Shown: piece by piece, positions 1 to 9,862 of the stretch
How positions within the stretch are numbered: position 1 is the first letter of the stretch
Layout of the letters: each line of letters begins with the position of its first letter
NCBI GenBank assembly: GCA_963736715.1
Contig: CAVTQA010000027.1
Location: 127,979 to 191,978, forward strand
Origin: an uncultured Alphaproteobacteria bacterium
GTDB taxonomy: Bacteria > Pseudomonadota > Alphaproteobacteria > ATCC43930 > CGMCC-115725
Length of the DNA stretch: 64,000 nt
Direction of reading: 5' to 3'
Notes under the pieces: model-generated
Databases searched by the model: none
Told to the model about the DNA's origin: nothing
The model's input: the letters and a program-made list of their open reading frames with translations, nothing else
Program-made: the position numbers and the translations under genes

Positions 1-106
1 CTTTTGCGAGCTTTGTTGAAAGCCAAATGTCTATCAGCGGATTTAGCGCCTTCGGGTCGGGACGAGAATAGCGGCTGGATCAAACAGCGCCAGGAAGGGG
101 AGCGGC

Positions 107-1243
107 TCACGCATCCGGCAGCGTGAAGACGGCGCAGGGTGCGGCGATGCCGCGCAGCATGTGCTCGCCCAACGGCACCAGCGGCGCGGCAATCTCGGCG
201 GCGACCGCTCCTGAGATCAGCACCCACCGGCCCAGCGGCCGGCACAGCCCCTCCAGCCGGCTGACCAGGTTGACCGCGGGGCCGATGGCGGTGAAGTCCA
301 GCCGGTCGGCCGCGCCGATATTGCCCCACAGTATCTCGCCGAGATGCAGCGCCGCGCCAAAGGGCAGCGGCGGCAGACCCTGCGCCTGCCGCAGCGCATC
401 GAGATGAGCCATGCCGGCGCGTGCGGCGGCGACCGCGCGCAGCGCCGCCTCGCAGGCCTCGGCCGGCGCGCCGGTGACCGGGAATATCGCCAGCACGCCG
501 TCGCCGATGAACTTCAGCACCTCGCCCCCGAAGGCGTGCACCGCGCCGGCGACGCGGTCGAACCAGGCGTCGAGGGCGGCGATCATCGCCGCGGGCTCGG
601 TCGCCTCAGACAGCGAGGTGAAGTCGCGCAGATCGGCAGAGAGCAGCGCGGCACGGATCGTCTCGCCGGTGCCGCGGCGCAGCGCGCCGGCCTGCACCCG
701 GGCGGCACTGCGCCGGCCGAGATAGGCCTCGAGCAGCGCTGCCAGCGCCGCCAGCGAGGCCAGGGCGGCTAAAGGCGCCGCGGCGAAGCGCGCAGCCTGG
801 CGCAGCCGGACGGCCTCGGCGGGGCCGAACGGCCGGGTCCCGGCCCAGCCCAGCACGGGACTATCCGGCCCTGGACCGGCCAGCCCTGGACTGTCCGATG
901 GTGGGCCGACCGCGTCCTCCTGCACCGGGCCCAGCCCGGCCAGCCAGTCGCGCCCGGCGTCGCTCGGCGGACCGCCGGCGAAGCCCAGCGCCTCGATCAC
1001 AACCCCGGTCTCCGCCCGCCACAGCCAGGTGCGGCGGGCGATGATCGGATGCGGCACCGCTAAGGTCAGGGCGCCGCCGGCCAGCGGCAGGCCGTCGGCC
1101 AGCAGCCGGCCGCCCAGCTCGGCCAGGAACCGGTCAGGGGCCGGCGAGGCGCCGGCCTCGTCCACTAGCCAAGCGAGGGGCCCCGGCAGATTTATCGGCA
1201 AATCCATGCCGCGATCATGCCGCCACGGCCCCTCGCCTGTCAT
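107..1243 (-). CDS. class III adenylate/guanylate cyclase domain protein
   Basis: 378-aa ORF. The C-terminal ~190 aa carry cyclase-homology hallmarks (SADLRDFTSLSE, VLKFIGDGVLAIFP, ALHLGEILWGNIGAADRLDFTAIGPAVNLVSRLEGL). The N-terminal half is unassigned and the start codon is uncertain. Confidence 0.8.
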   Translation of the reverse strand: MTGEGPWRHDRGMDLPINLPGPLAWLVDEAGASPAPDRFLAELGGRLLADGLPLAGGALTLAVPHPIIARRTWLWRAETGVVIEALGFAGGPPSDAGRDWLAGLGPVQEDAVGPPSDSPGLAGPGPDSPVLGWAGTRPFGPAEAVRLRQAARFAAAPLAALASLAALAALLEAYLGRRSAARVQAGALRRGTGETIRAALLSADLRDFTSLSEATEPAAMIAALDAWFDRVAGAVHAFGGEVLKFIGDGVLAIFPVTGAPAEACEAALRAVAAARAGMAHLDALRQAQGLPPLPFGAALHLGEILWGNIGAADRLDFTAIGPAVNLVSRLEGLCRPLGRWVLISGAVAAEIAAPLVPLGEHMLRGIAAPCAVFTLPDA

Positions 1244-1318
1244 CCGCGCCGCGGCGGTAGCCCAGCCGGCCTCGCCGGTCTATCCTCGGGGCAACGATCA
1301 CATCCATGGTGGAGACCC

Positions 1319-1774
1319 ATGCAAGAGGCCCTCGTCGTCCGGCGCGAGCAGCACGTCCCGGCGCCGCCCGCCGCGGTGTTCGCCCTCCTGACCGATCCGG
1401 AGAAGATTCTGCGCTGGATGGGAACCGAGGCGCAGGTCGAGCCGCAGCCCGGCGGGCTTTATCTCGTCAATGTCACCGGGGCTCGCATCGCCCGGGGCTC
1501 CTTTCGCGAGGTGGTGCCGGTCCACCGCCTGGCCTACAGCTTCGGCTGGGACGGCAGCGATGAGGTGCCGCCCGGGTCGAGCCTGGTCGAGATCGACCTG
1601 ATCGAGCAGTCGGACGGAACCTTGCTGCGCCTGACCCACACCGGCCTGCCCAATGCCGAGCAATGCGCCGGCCATGCCGAAGGCTGGGCCAATTACCTCG
1701 GCCGGCTGGCCGAGGTTGCAGCCGGGCGCGACCCGGGCCCGGACCCCTTCCACGGCCGCACTGGCAGGGAGTGA
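1319..1774 (+). CDS. SRPBCC-superfamily protein (AHSA1/START-like)
   Basis: ATG at 1319 inside ORF 1217..1774. MQEALVVRREQHVPAPPAAVFALLTDPEKILRWMG and LLRLTHTGLP...GHAEGWANYLGRL fit the Aha1-like SRPBCC pattern. Confidence 0.7.
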   Translation: MQEALVVRREQHVPAPPAAVFALLTDPEKILRWMGTEAQVEPQPGGLYLVNVTGARIARGSFREVVPVHRLAYSFGWDGSDEVPPGSSLVEIDLIEQSDGTLLRLTHTGLPNAEQCAGHAEGWANYLGRLAEVAAGRDPGPDPFHGRTGRE

Positions 1775-1866
1775 CTGCTTGCCGCTCTCAATAACCGCCG
1801 CATTTGAGGCTCGACGTGAGGCTCGATGAAGACGTCATCTGATTGGTTTCGCTAAAGGGAAACGCA

Positions 1867-2901
1867 TTACGCCGCTGCTAAGGTCTTAACCTTGGAACGC
1901 GCGGGCGGCGCCATGAACTCGGGGCCGACTGGGTCGGTGATCGACTCTCGCAGGATACGATCGATCTCGCTCTTTGCGGCGGCATCGAGCGACCATCCGA
2001 AGACCTCGTCGATCGGTTGCAGCTGGCCGGGACGACGCGCTCCCCACAATGCCGCAGTCGTGCCCTGGTCGAGAAGCCAGCGCACAGCCAATTGGATGAC
2101 CCGCTTGCCGTAGCGATCTCTAGCGAATTGATCGAGACGCTGGACTGCGGCAAGGTATTGCGCGTAGCGAGGCGGCTGGAATTTCGGGTCGGTCAAGCGA
2201 AGATCGTCGCCGCCAAAATGCGCGTCTTCTTGGAGCTTGCCGGACAACAGCCCGCGGCACAGCGCGCCATAGGTCAACGTCGCGAGACCCGATTGCCGGC
2301 AATAGGGCGAGAGCTCGCTCTCGATCTCGCGCTCGAACAGATTGTAGGGCGGCTGCACGACATGCAATTTGGCGACGCGGCGAAAGCGTTCGATCTGGGC
2401 AACCGAGAAATTACTGACGCCAATGGCGCGGATCTTCCCCTGGTCGAACAGCGTCTGCATCGCTTCGGCCGTCTCTTCGATCGGCACCAACGGATCGGGC
2501 CAATGCACCTGGTAGATATCGATGTAATCCGTGCGCAGGCGCCGCAGCGAGTTGATGGCCTCGCTCAAGACGCGGTCACGACCGGCATTCCGAAAGACTT
2601 TCCCGTCTTTCCACTCGAGCCCGGTTTTGGTGGCGATGACGACCCGTGAGCGCAGCCCGCATTCGGCAATGGCCTGCCCGACAATCTCTTCGGAGCGGCC
2701 AAACCCATAGGCCGGCGCCGTGTCGATCAGGTTGATGCCGCGCTCGACGGCGGCCTGGATTGTTTTGATCGAACCTTCTTCATCCGTCCCGCCCCACATC
2801 CAGCCGCCAATTGCCCAAGTGCCGAGGCCAACGAGCGACACGGCGAGGCTCGTGCCGGCAATAGTCGCCGATTCCAGATTGATATTGGCTGTCATGGTCA
2901 T
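1867..2901 (-). CDS. aldo/keto reductase
   Basis: ORF 1867..2958 with a likely start MTMTANI at 2901. AKR signatures: GINLIDTAPAYGFGRSEEIVG, YIDIYQVHWPD, GKIRAIGVSNF. Confidence 0.85.
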   Translation of the reverse strand: MTMTANINLESATIAGTSLAVSLVGLGTWAIGGWMWGGTDEEGSIKTIQAAVERGINLIDTAPAYGFGRSEEIVGQAIAECGLRSRVVIATKTGLEWKDGKVFRNAGRDRVLSEAINSLRRLRTDYIDIYQVHWPDPLVPIEETAEAMQTLFDQGKIRAIGVSNFSVAQIERFRRVAKLHVVQPPYNLFEREIESELSPYCRQSGLATLTYGALCRGLLSGKLQEDAHFGGDDLRLTDPKFQPPRYAQYLAAVQRLDQFARDRYGKRVIQLAVRWLLDQGTTAALWGARRPGQLQPIDEVFGWSLDAAAKSEIDRILRESITDPVGPEFMAPPARSKVKTLAAA

Positions 2902-2941
2902 TTCTCCAACATGCAGGCCGCAGCGCCGGACGCAGCAAGCC

Positions 2942-3124
2942 TCATTTCTTATTCTCACCGGGCATCGTCGCGTGGCACACTGCGCAGTGGGACTTAAAGA
3001 CCTTTTCGCCGGCCGTCGGATCGCCGGCAGCCAACGAGGGAGACGACATTAAGAGGACTTCGATCAGCAGGAGACGTGCTGTGGTCGCATTTCGTCTCAT
3101 TTGCCGTACCCAGTCGCTTCGCAT
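2942..3124 (-). pseudogene. 5' fragment of a class I (c2/c550-like) cytochrome c gene
   Basis: 60-aa ORF with a signal-like N-terminus, then GDPTAGEKVFKSHCAVCHATMPGENKK and a stop. Only the CxxCH haem site is present. The distal Met-ligand half expected in ~100-aa mature cytochromes c is absent, and the reductase gene follows directly. Confidence 0.5.
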
Positions 3125-3152
3125 GTCTGTGAGCTCGATTGCCGGTTATTCA

Positions 3153-3368
3153 TCAGCGGGGCGCGCAATGTGCCGGTCTAAACTTGCCGTGCGGGGCATA
3201 GGCGTCCGGCTCCCAATAGTAACCGGGAGGGCAAGCGTATGTGGCCGACTCGACTTGCCGAGCGCTGATGCCTGCCGCGTAATCTGCTGCAACGGGTACC
3301 GCTCCCGCGGAGAGCGGGATCGCCGCGGCGATAAGGGTACCGCTCAAACATAGGGTGGGTAATTTCAC
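3153..3368 (-). CDS. small secreted hypothetical protein
   Basis: GTG at 3368 lies 7 nt after AGGAG. The product is 71 aa with a signal-peptide-like VKLPTLCLSGTLIAAAIPLSAGA, and the mature part has two Cys and PPGYYWEPDAY. No family recognised. Confidence 0.4.
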   Translation of the reverse strand: MKLPTLCLSGTLIAAAIPLSAGAVPVAADYAAGISARQVESATYACPPGYYWEPDAYAPHGKFRPAHCAPR

Positions 3369-3661
3369 TTCGCTTCTCCTGATGCATCGCGAGTGACCTT
3401 TGTGCCCAGACAAGGGCTACGCTTCCAAGGGCCACGCTTCGCACCGGGTAATTAGGCTGCTGGCGCTCCAGGCCCAGTTAAGCCGGGTAAAAACGAGTGA
3501 AATTGGGCGAGAGCTACAATGAATGCGGATGTGATCCCGGTGGTGGTCGAGTGGCGCCAGACGCGGTGCACACCGCAGGCCGAACAGCAACCGCGGACTT
3601 GCCGCTCTCAACGAATTGATCAGCTGCCGAGATCGAGGACCCAGATCAGCTGCGGCGGTTG

Positions 3662-4153
3662 TTATTGTGGGTGATAAGTCAATGTCGGAAGATAGGCTTG
3701 CGCCAGTTGGCGCGACATCGTCAGGATGCCGAAGGTATTCGGCGCGAACCCCCAACCTGCCTCCGGATAGCCTTCCTGCCAGCTGGCCAGCCACTGGATT
3801 TCGAGATAGGTCTGTGTCCCGGGCGCCAGCTGTACAGTATCGGCCTGACCGGTTGGCAGGCCGTACGGCTGCACTGTAAAACTGTACGTTCCGGGCCGAA
3901 AATCACGATAAAATTCGCTTCCTGCCGGGATGTCGCCGATCGGTGCGCCATTCGCGTAAATCATCGGCGCCGCTGCCCATACATTGCCATTGAGCGAGCC
4001 CGCCGGCCGTAGAAACCAGACCCGCGCCATTCCCGGTGCCGGCGCCTGGATCTGCGCTTCCTCGGCCGCCGTGACGGCCTGCGGCGCAAAATTTGCCAAC
4101 ACAAAAAGGCACAAGCCTAGCAACGTGGTGGTTACGAGACGATTTTTTCGCAT
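3662..4153 (-). CDS. secreted DUF2846-like protein
   Basis: ATG at 4153 (MRKNRLVTTTLLGLCLFVLANFA signal peptide). The core VWFLRPAGSLNGNVWAAAPMIYANGAPIGDIPAGSEFYRDFRPGTYSFTV matches the DUF2846 pattern as I remember it. Confidence 0.55.
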   Translation of the reverse strand: MRKNRLVTTTLLGLCLFVLANFAPQAVTAAEEAQIQAPAPGMARVWFLRPAGSLNGNVWAAAPMIYANGAPIGDIPAGSEFYRDFRPGTYSFTVQPYGLPTGQADTVQLAPGTQTYLEIQWLASWQEGYPEAGWGFAPNTFGILTMSRQLAQAYLPTLTYHPQ

Positions 4154-5038
4154 GGTCAGTCCCTGATCGCAGGTGATGCCGGCTACCGCCATCGCAAGGC
4201 AATTGTTGCGGATCTGCCGCCTCGCCCGACGTGTCGAGGGCGCCCGCCCGGTGGTCAAACGAGACGCAGAACCAGCGCGATGACCGCCGCCCAGCCGGCC
4301 AGTGAGAGGACGGCAATCCAAAAAATCGCTGCAGGCGGCGAGAGCCGCTCGGTACGCCTCCTCTCGGATACCGGGGTAGCGACCGGCATCGAAATGAGCG
4401 CCTGTGGTTCTCTCGGCATCGTCCGATCACTTCCTGCCAGCTGCATCGGAGTGCGGCCGGTCCTTGCGCGAGGACCGGCCGCCGGTCCACCCGATGCGGG
4501 AGGAGGATCATCGGGTCGGTTAAGCAGCGATTACTACCATCGCAAACAACATAGTGCGAATCTCAGCGCCTCCGAGTAAACTGCCGTCAAAATTGGTAAA
4601 TCGGGTGGTGTGCCAAACCTCTCAGGCGAGCCGGAAGAGGTTCGCAGTGGACACAACCGGCGTCATGTACACTGGAGCTACTACAGCATCAGTTCGCCGA
4701 CGACGCTGTACTGCTGGCGATCCGCCCTAAATTTGCGTGTACGGCTGTTACCATCATTTTACCACGATTTACCCGGATTGACTGGCGCCCGATTGAGTTT
4801 GCGAACTAATTAGGCAGCAGACGATTGATAGGGTGAACGGTGCAATAAAGATCACCTATCGAGTAGATCGGAAATATCGATCTGATGAAAGCGCCGCGCG
4901 GATTGATCTCTGGACAGGGTCTCCCATTCGCACCTGCCCGACGGAGAGGGAGTCAGACGATATCGGATCGGCCCACCGACGTAGGTCAGTTTGCTCAATG
5001 GCTATTTTGCCGGGGGCAAGAGTTTTCAGGAGAAAGCA

Positions 5039-5713
5039 ATGGCATTGGTTCCGTTACACACAATCGTCGTGATCCCCAAGCCAGTCGGAGGCGTCGTCAT
5101 TCCCGACAGCAAACTGGCACGTGAAGTGACCGAATTGGTCAGGGACACTGAATCACCGCTGCTGTTCCACCACTCGAGCCGCGTCTATTACTGGGCCGCT
5201 CTCACCGGCAAGCGCCACGGCCTCCGCTTCGATCCCGAGCTCCTTTATGCCGGCGCCATGTTTCACGATTTGGGCCTCACCTCTGAGTACGCCAGCGCGC
5301 ATGAGCGCTTCGAGGTGGACGGCGCCAACGCCGCCCGCGACTTCCTGCGGGGCCATGGCATCGCCGAGCGCGACATCGAGACGGTCTGGACCGCGATCGC
5401 GCTGCACACGACACCCGGCATACCGCAGCACATGAATCCCGTCATCGCGCTTGTTACCGCAGGCGTCGAGATGGATGTGCTCGGCATCGCCTTTTCCGAG
5501 TTCACCGACGCCGAGCGTGAAGCCGTCGTCCGCGCTCACCCGCGCCCCGGCCGCTTCAAGGAAGAGATCATCCAAGCCTTTTACGATATCATCCACCAGA
5601 AGCCCGAGACGACCTTCGGCAACGTCAAGGCCGATGTGCTCGCCGACAAGGATCCCTCCTTCCGGCCCGAGAATTTCTGCCGTGTGATCCGCGCCTCCGC
5701 GTGGCCCGGCTAG
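5039..5713 (+). CDS. HD-domain metal-dependent phosphohydrolase family protein
   Basis: ATG at 5039 preceded by AGGAG. HHSSRVYYWA...GAMFHDLGL carries the H...HD motif. Confidence 0.7.
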   Translation: MALVPLHTIVVIPKPVGGVVIPDSKLAREVTELVRDTESPLLFHHSSRVYYWAALTGKRHGLRFDPELLYAGAMFHDLGLTSEYASAHERFEVDGANAARDFLRGHGIAERDIETVWTAIALHTTPGIPQHMNPVIALVTAGVEMDVLGIAFSEFTDAEREAVVRAHPRPGRFKEEIIQAFYDIIHQKPETTFGNVKADVLADKDPSFRPENFCRVIRASAWPG

Positions 5714-5755
5714 GAACAGTTCGTAGGCTCTCCAGACCGACCCGAGGAGTCCGTC

Positions 5756-7213
5756 ATGTCCACATCAAAGGTTTTCACCAACGCCACCGGCGCGCCTGTG
5801 GCCGACAACACCAACATCATGACCGCCGGTCCGCGCGGCCCCGCGCTGCTGCAGGACATTTGGCTGCTTGAGAAGCTGGCGCATTTCGACCGCGAGGTAA
5901 TCCCAGAGCGGCGCATGCATGCGAAGGGTTGGGGCGCCCATGGCACCTTCACGGTGACGCACGATATCACCCTCTTCACCAAGGCGAAGATCTTCAGCGC
6001 GGTGGGTAAGCAAACACCGATGTTTGCCCGTTTCTCGACCGTTGCCGGCGAGCGCGGCGCCGCCGACGCGGAGCGCGACATACGCGGCACTGCGCTGAAG
6101 TTCTACACCGAAGAAGGCAACTGGGACATTGTCGGCAACAACACGCCGGTGTTCTTCTTCCGCGATCCGCTCCGCTTTCCCGATCTCAACCACGCGATCA
6201 AGCGCGACCCGCGCACCGGGATGCGGAGCGCCGACAATAACTGGGATTTCTGGACCTTGCTGCCCGAAGCGCTGCACCAGGTCACGATCGTCATGTCCGA
6301 CCGCGGCATCCCGAAGAGCTTCCGGAATATGCACCTCTTCGGCAGCCACACCTTTTCGATGATCAACGCGGCGAACGAGCGCGTCTGGGTCAAATTCCAT
6401 TTCCGGACCCAGCAAGGGATCCAGAATCTCGCCGATGAGGAAGCCGCAGCTCTCATTGCCAAGGACCGCGAAAGCCACGGCCGCGACCTCTTCAACGCGA
6501 TCGAAGCCGGCGACTTTCCGCGCTGGACGCTTTTCATCCAGGTGATGACCGAAGCGCAGGCGAAGACCCATCGCCACAACCCGTTCGACCTGACCAAGGT
6601 CTGGCCGAAGGCCGAGTACCCGCTGATCGAGGTCGGCGTGATGGAGCTCAACCGCTGGCCAGACAACTATTTCGCCGAAGTCGAGCAGGCGGCGTTCGGG
6701 CCGTCGAACGTCGTCCCCGGCATCAGCTTTTCTCCCGACCGGATGCTGCAGGCGCGCCTGTTCTCGTACAACGACGCGGTTCGTTACCGCCTCGGCGTCA
6801 ACTTCTACCAGATCCCGGTCAACGCGCCGAAATGCCCGTTCATGAGCTATCATCGCGATGGCAAGATGCGGGTCGACGGCAATCTTGGCGGCACCACCAG
6901 CTTCAATCCGAACAGCGCCGGCCTGTGGGACAACCAACCGCAGTTCGATGAACCGCCGCTGCCGATCGAGGGCGAGGCGGCACACTACAACCATTACGCC
7001 GATGACGACCACTGGGAGCAGCCGGGCAATCTTTTCCGCCTGATGACGCCGGCGCAGCAGCAGGTTCTGTTCGACAACACCGCCCGCGCGATGGGCGATG
7101 CGCGACGGCACATCAAGGAGCGGCATGTTGCCAATTGCCTGCGCGCCGATCCGGCCTATGGCGAAGGGGTCGCGCGGGCTCTCGGCCTCGAACTCAAGCA
7201 AGCGGCGGAGTGA
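5756..7213 (+). CDS. katA: monofunctional haem catalase (small-subunit type)
   Basis: 485 aa. Typical catalase N-terminal core [43 protein letters not shown], plus [20 protein letters not shown] and [16 protein letters not shown]. Confidence 0.95.
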   Translation: MSTSKVFTNATGAPVADNTNIMTAGPRGPALLQDIWLLEKLAHFDREVIPERRMHAKGWGAHGTFTVTHDITLFTKAKIFSAVGKQTPMFARFSTVAGERGAADAERDIRGTALKFYTEEGNWDIVGNNTPVFFFRDPLRFPDLNHAIKRDPRTGMRSADNNWDFWTLLPEALHQVTIVMSDRGIPKSFRNMHLFGSHTFSMINAANERVWVKFHFRTQQGIQNLADEEAAALIAKDRESHGRDLFNAIEAGDFPRWTLFIQVMTEAQAKTHRHNPFDLTKVWPKAEYPLIEVGVMELNRWPDNYFAEVEQAAFGPSNVVPGISFSPDRMLQARLFSYNDAVRYRLGVNFYQIPVNAPKCPFMSYHRDGKMRVDGNLGGTTSFNPNSAGLWDNQPQFDEPPLPIEGEAAHYNHYADDDHWEQPGNLFRLMTPAQQQVLFDNTARAMGDARRHIKERHVANCLRADPAYGEGVARALGLELKQAAE

Positions 7214-7255
7214 CCCGCCGCAATCACTGCAATTCCAACCCAAGGAGTAAGAGCA

Positions 7256-7732
7256 ATGTACAGAACCGCCAATACCTTGCCGGAGCAGATCCGGTCGAGA
7301 GCAGTCGTTTTGCTCAATCGCCACCTCGCCGCCGCCATTGACCTGCACGCGCAGGTCAAGCAGGCGCATTGGAACGTCCGCGGCCCCACCTTCATTGCGA
7401 TCCACGAGCTGTTCGACAAAGTCGCCGACGTGGTCGAAGAGTATTCGGATAAGATCGCCGAGCGGGCGGGCACCCTCGGCGGCGCCGCCGAGGGAACAGT
7501 TCAGACGGCGGCGGAACAGTCTTTCCTCGAACCGTACCGATTGGGGGTCGCCGACGCCGAGGCGCATATCTCGGCAGTGACGGCGGCTTTGGCGAGGTTC
7601 GGCGAGTCGGTGCGCAATGCGATCGACGAGAGCGACCAGTTCGGCGACATCGACACCTCCGACCTGTTCACCGAGGTCTCGCGCGGCATCGACTACCAGC
7701 TCTGGCTGGTCGAGTTGCACAGACATCTCTAG
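7256..7732 (+). CDS. dps: Dps family DNA-protection/ferritin-like protein
   Basis: 158 aa. LNRHLAAAIDLHAQVKQAHWNVRGPTFIAIHELFD is the Dps ferroxidase-site signature. Confidence 0.9.
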   Translation: MYRTANTLPEQIRSRAVVLLNRHLAAAIDLHAQVKQAHWNVRGPTFIAIHELFDKVADVVEEYSDKIAERAGTLGGAAEGTVQTAAEQSFLEPYRLGVADAEAHISAVTAALARFGESVRNAIDESDQFGDIDTSDLFTEVSRGIDYQLWLVELHRHL

Positions 7733-7754
7733 CCCTCCGACGTGCTTTTTTTTC

Positions 7755-7787
7755 CACCCTCTCCCCCGGCAGGCGGGGGAGAGGGTG
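7755..7787. repeat. GC-rich perfect 13-bp inverted repeat (REP-like stem-loop) downstream of dps
   Basis: caccctctccccc-ggcaggc-gggggagagggtg read directly. A T8 run lies 5' of it on the + strand. Confidence 0.6.
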
Positions 7788-7849
7788 AGCAAGGAGAACC
7801 CAGCGAAGTTTGCTCACCCGTGCAGCCGCACACGGCAGGGGGAAGGATC

Positions 7850-9037
7850 ATGGACTACGAAGTCTTTTTCCAACAGCAGTTGAGTGACCTGCGGCGCGAG
7901 GGACGTTATCGCGTCTTTGCCGATCTTGAGCGCCAGGCCGGGCATTTCCCGCGAGCGATGCACTATCGCGGCAACAACTGTCGCGAGGTGACGGTATGGT
8001 GCGCCAACGATTATCTCGGCATGGGCCAGCATCCCGAGGTGCTGGCGGCAATGCATGCCGCGATCGACCGTTGCGGCGCCGGCGCGGGCGGCACTCGCAA
8101 CATCTCCGGCACCAACCATTACCACGTCATGCTGGAGCGCGAGCTGGCCGACCTGCACGGCACCGAAGCCGCGCTGCTGTTCAATTCCGGCTACATGTCG
8201 AACTGGGCGACGTTGAGCACGCTCGCGTCGCGGCTGCCGGGCTGCGTCGTGCTGTCCGACGAATTGAACCACGCCTCGATGATCGAGGGCATCCGGCACA
8301 GCCGGGCGGCAAAGCAGACCTTTGCGCACAACGACCCGGCCGACCTCGACCGCAAGCTCGCCGCGCTCGATCCTGCCGCGCCAAAACTGGTCGCGTTCGA
8401 ATCGGTCTATTAGATGGACGGCGACATCGCGCCCATCGCCGAAATGTGGGGCGTCGCCGAGGCGCACGGGGCAATGACCTATCTCGACGAGGTGCACGCG
8501 GTCGGGCTTTACGGGCCGCGCGGCGTCGGCAACCGGCTGACGGTCATCGAGGGCACCTTGGCGAAAGCCTTTGGCGTGATCGGCGGCTATATCGCCGGCT
8601 CGACGGCGCTGTGCGATTTCGTGCGCAGCTTCGCCTCCGGTTTCATCTTCACGACGGCGCTGCCGCCGGCCGTCACAGCTACGGCCCTCGCCAGCATCCG
8701 CCACCTGAAGAACAGCTCCACCGAACGCCGCCGATTGCAGGAGCGGGTCGCGCTGGTGCGCCGCCGGCTAGATGCCGCCCAAATCCCGCACCGTGCCAAT
8801 CCGAGCCATATCGTGCCGGTCATGGTCGGCGACCCGATATCGTGCCGGCACATCAGCGATCGGCTGCTCGACGAGTTCGGCATCTATGTACAGCCGATCA
8901 ACTACCCGACCGTGCCGCGCGGCACCGAGCGGCTGCGCTTGACGCCCTCGCCATTGCACAGCGACGAAGACATCGACGATCTGGTCCGGGCGCTCGCAAT
9001 CATCTGGTCGGAACGCGATCTGCGGCAGGCCGCGTAA
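7850..9037 (+). pseudogene. hemA: 5-aminolevulinate synthase interrupted by an in-frame TAG
   Basis: ORFs 7742..8413 and 8414..9037 are in the same frame. ATG at 7850 follows GGGGGAAGGA. The junction reads [16 protein letters not shown], where alpha-oxoamine synthases have FESVYSMDGD, so the TAG at 8411-8413 sits at the Ser codon. The PLP-lysine motif EGTLAKAFG is retained. Confidence 0.85.
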
Positions 9038-9256
9038 TTTGAAATAACAAGAACCATGCGCGGCGTGAGACCGCGCGCAACCCCGCACGCACACGCCGTG
9101 CGATGCGCGCGCCGTCGGCGGGCGTGATGTCATCGCGCGTAACGGCCGCCAGAACGGCGGCCAGCATGTTCCGGCAATCTTCGACCGTCCGCAACAACGC
9201 CAGGTCGATCCCGAGCCGCGCGTAAGCGATAGGCGAGGCACCCGCCCGTTATGCCC

Positions 9257-9746
9257 AGCAGCATCACTGGGGTGTCGGGGTGGCGAAATCCGTACTCGAC
9301 GTCAGCTCGCCGGTCGCGAAGGCGAGCGCCGCCGCGTTGATCAGCGACTGCGTGTGTGCTCGGGCCACCGCGGCGCGCGCCATGGCGAGCCCCGTCTGCG
9401 CGGACGTCGCGTCGGTGAACGTACCGACGCCTTGCGCATAGGAATCGCTGGCGCTGTGGAACGCCGCTTCGGATGCGGTCTGCAGGGCGATGGCAGCATC
9501 GTATTGCAGCAGCCCGTATCGACCTGGTCGTAAGCAAGCGCCACCTCGCGCAAAGCGTGGTCGGTGCGCTCCTGCAGCACGGCCGACGCCTCTTCGCGCT
9601 TCGACCGGGCGAGACTCAGCTTGTTCTGCAGCAGTCCGCCTGTAGAGCGGCCATTCGAACTTCAGCAACGCGGCGCCCTGCGGCTTGGCGACCTCGAAGT
9701 AGGGCGAGTTGTCTACGTTGAGCCGGCTAAGATTGCCCTGCACGCA
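9257..9746 (-). pseudogene. decayed 3' fragment of an outer-membrane efflux (OMF/NodT) gene, paralogous to 15996..16487
   Basis: Translations in two frames reproduce the C-terminus of the 507-aa OMF (QGNLSRLNVDNSPYF..KPQGAALLKFEWPLY / LQERTDHALREVALAYDQVDTG / LLQYDAAIALQTASEAAFHSASDSYA...TSSTDFATPTPQ). DNA alignment by eye is ~90% identical, with a 1-nt and a 2-nt deletion. Confidence 0.85.
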
Positions 9747-9862
9747 CGGATGGTTGATAATTAGATTGTCCGGTCGTCACGCATCATGACGGGGGTTTCG
9801 GCGATGCACCCATACTTTGATCAATCTCCGCCCCCGATCGGTCCTTTCGGCTCCTTAGCGTC

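Noticed and set aside
4255-4446. 63-aa ORF with a C-terminal hydrophobic helix upstream of the DUF2846 gene
   Set aside because: It could be a small membrane protein. However, it has no recognisable family and no clear RBS, and competing overlapping ORFs exist in other frames. The support is insufficient.
7741-7790. T8 run plus GC hairpin after dps, considered as an intrinsic terminator
   Set aside because: The U-tract precedes the stem on the + strand, and an A-tract follows it on the - strand. Neither strand has the canonical hairpin-then-U geometry, so it is reported only as an inverted repeat.
5765-7792. 675-aa ORF on the minus strand spanning the catalase and dps region
   Set aside because: It is antisense to two genes with unmistakable family signatures. 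Its translation is Arg/Ala/Gly/Val-rich with no motifs. Long shadow ORFs of this kind are expected at this G+C content.
9000-9257. Open frame on the minus strand (…AYARLGIDLALLRTVEDCRNMLAAVLAAVTRDDITPADGARIARRVRAGLRAV…) between hemA and the OMF fragment
   Set aside because: It looks protein-like but has no start codon context. It overlaps the hemA 3' end, and I cannot assign it to any family. It is possibly more debris and is not reported as a gene.
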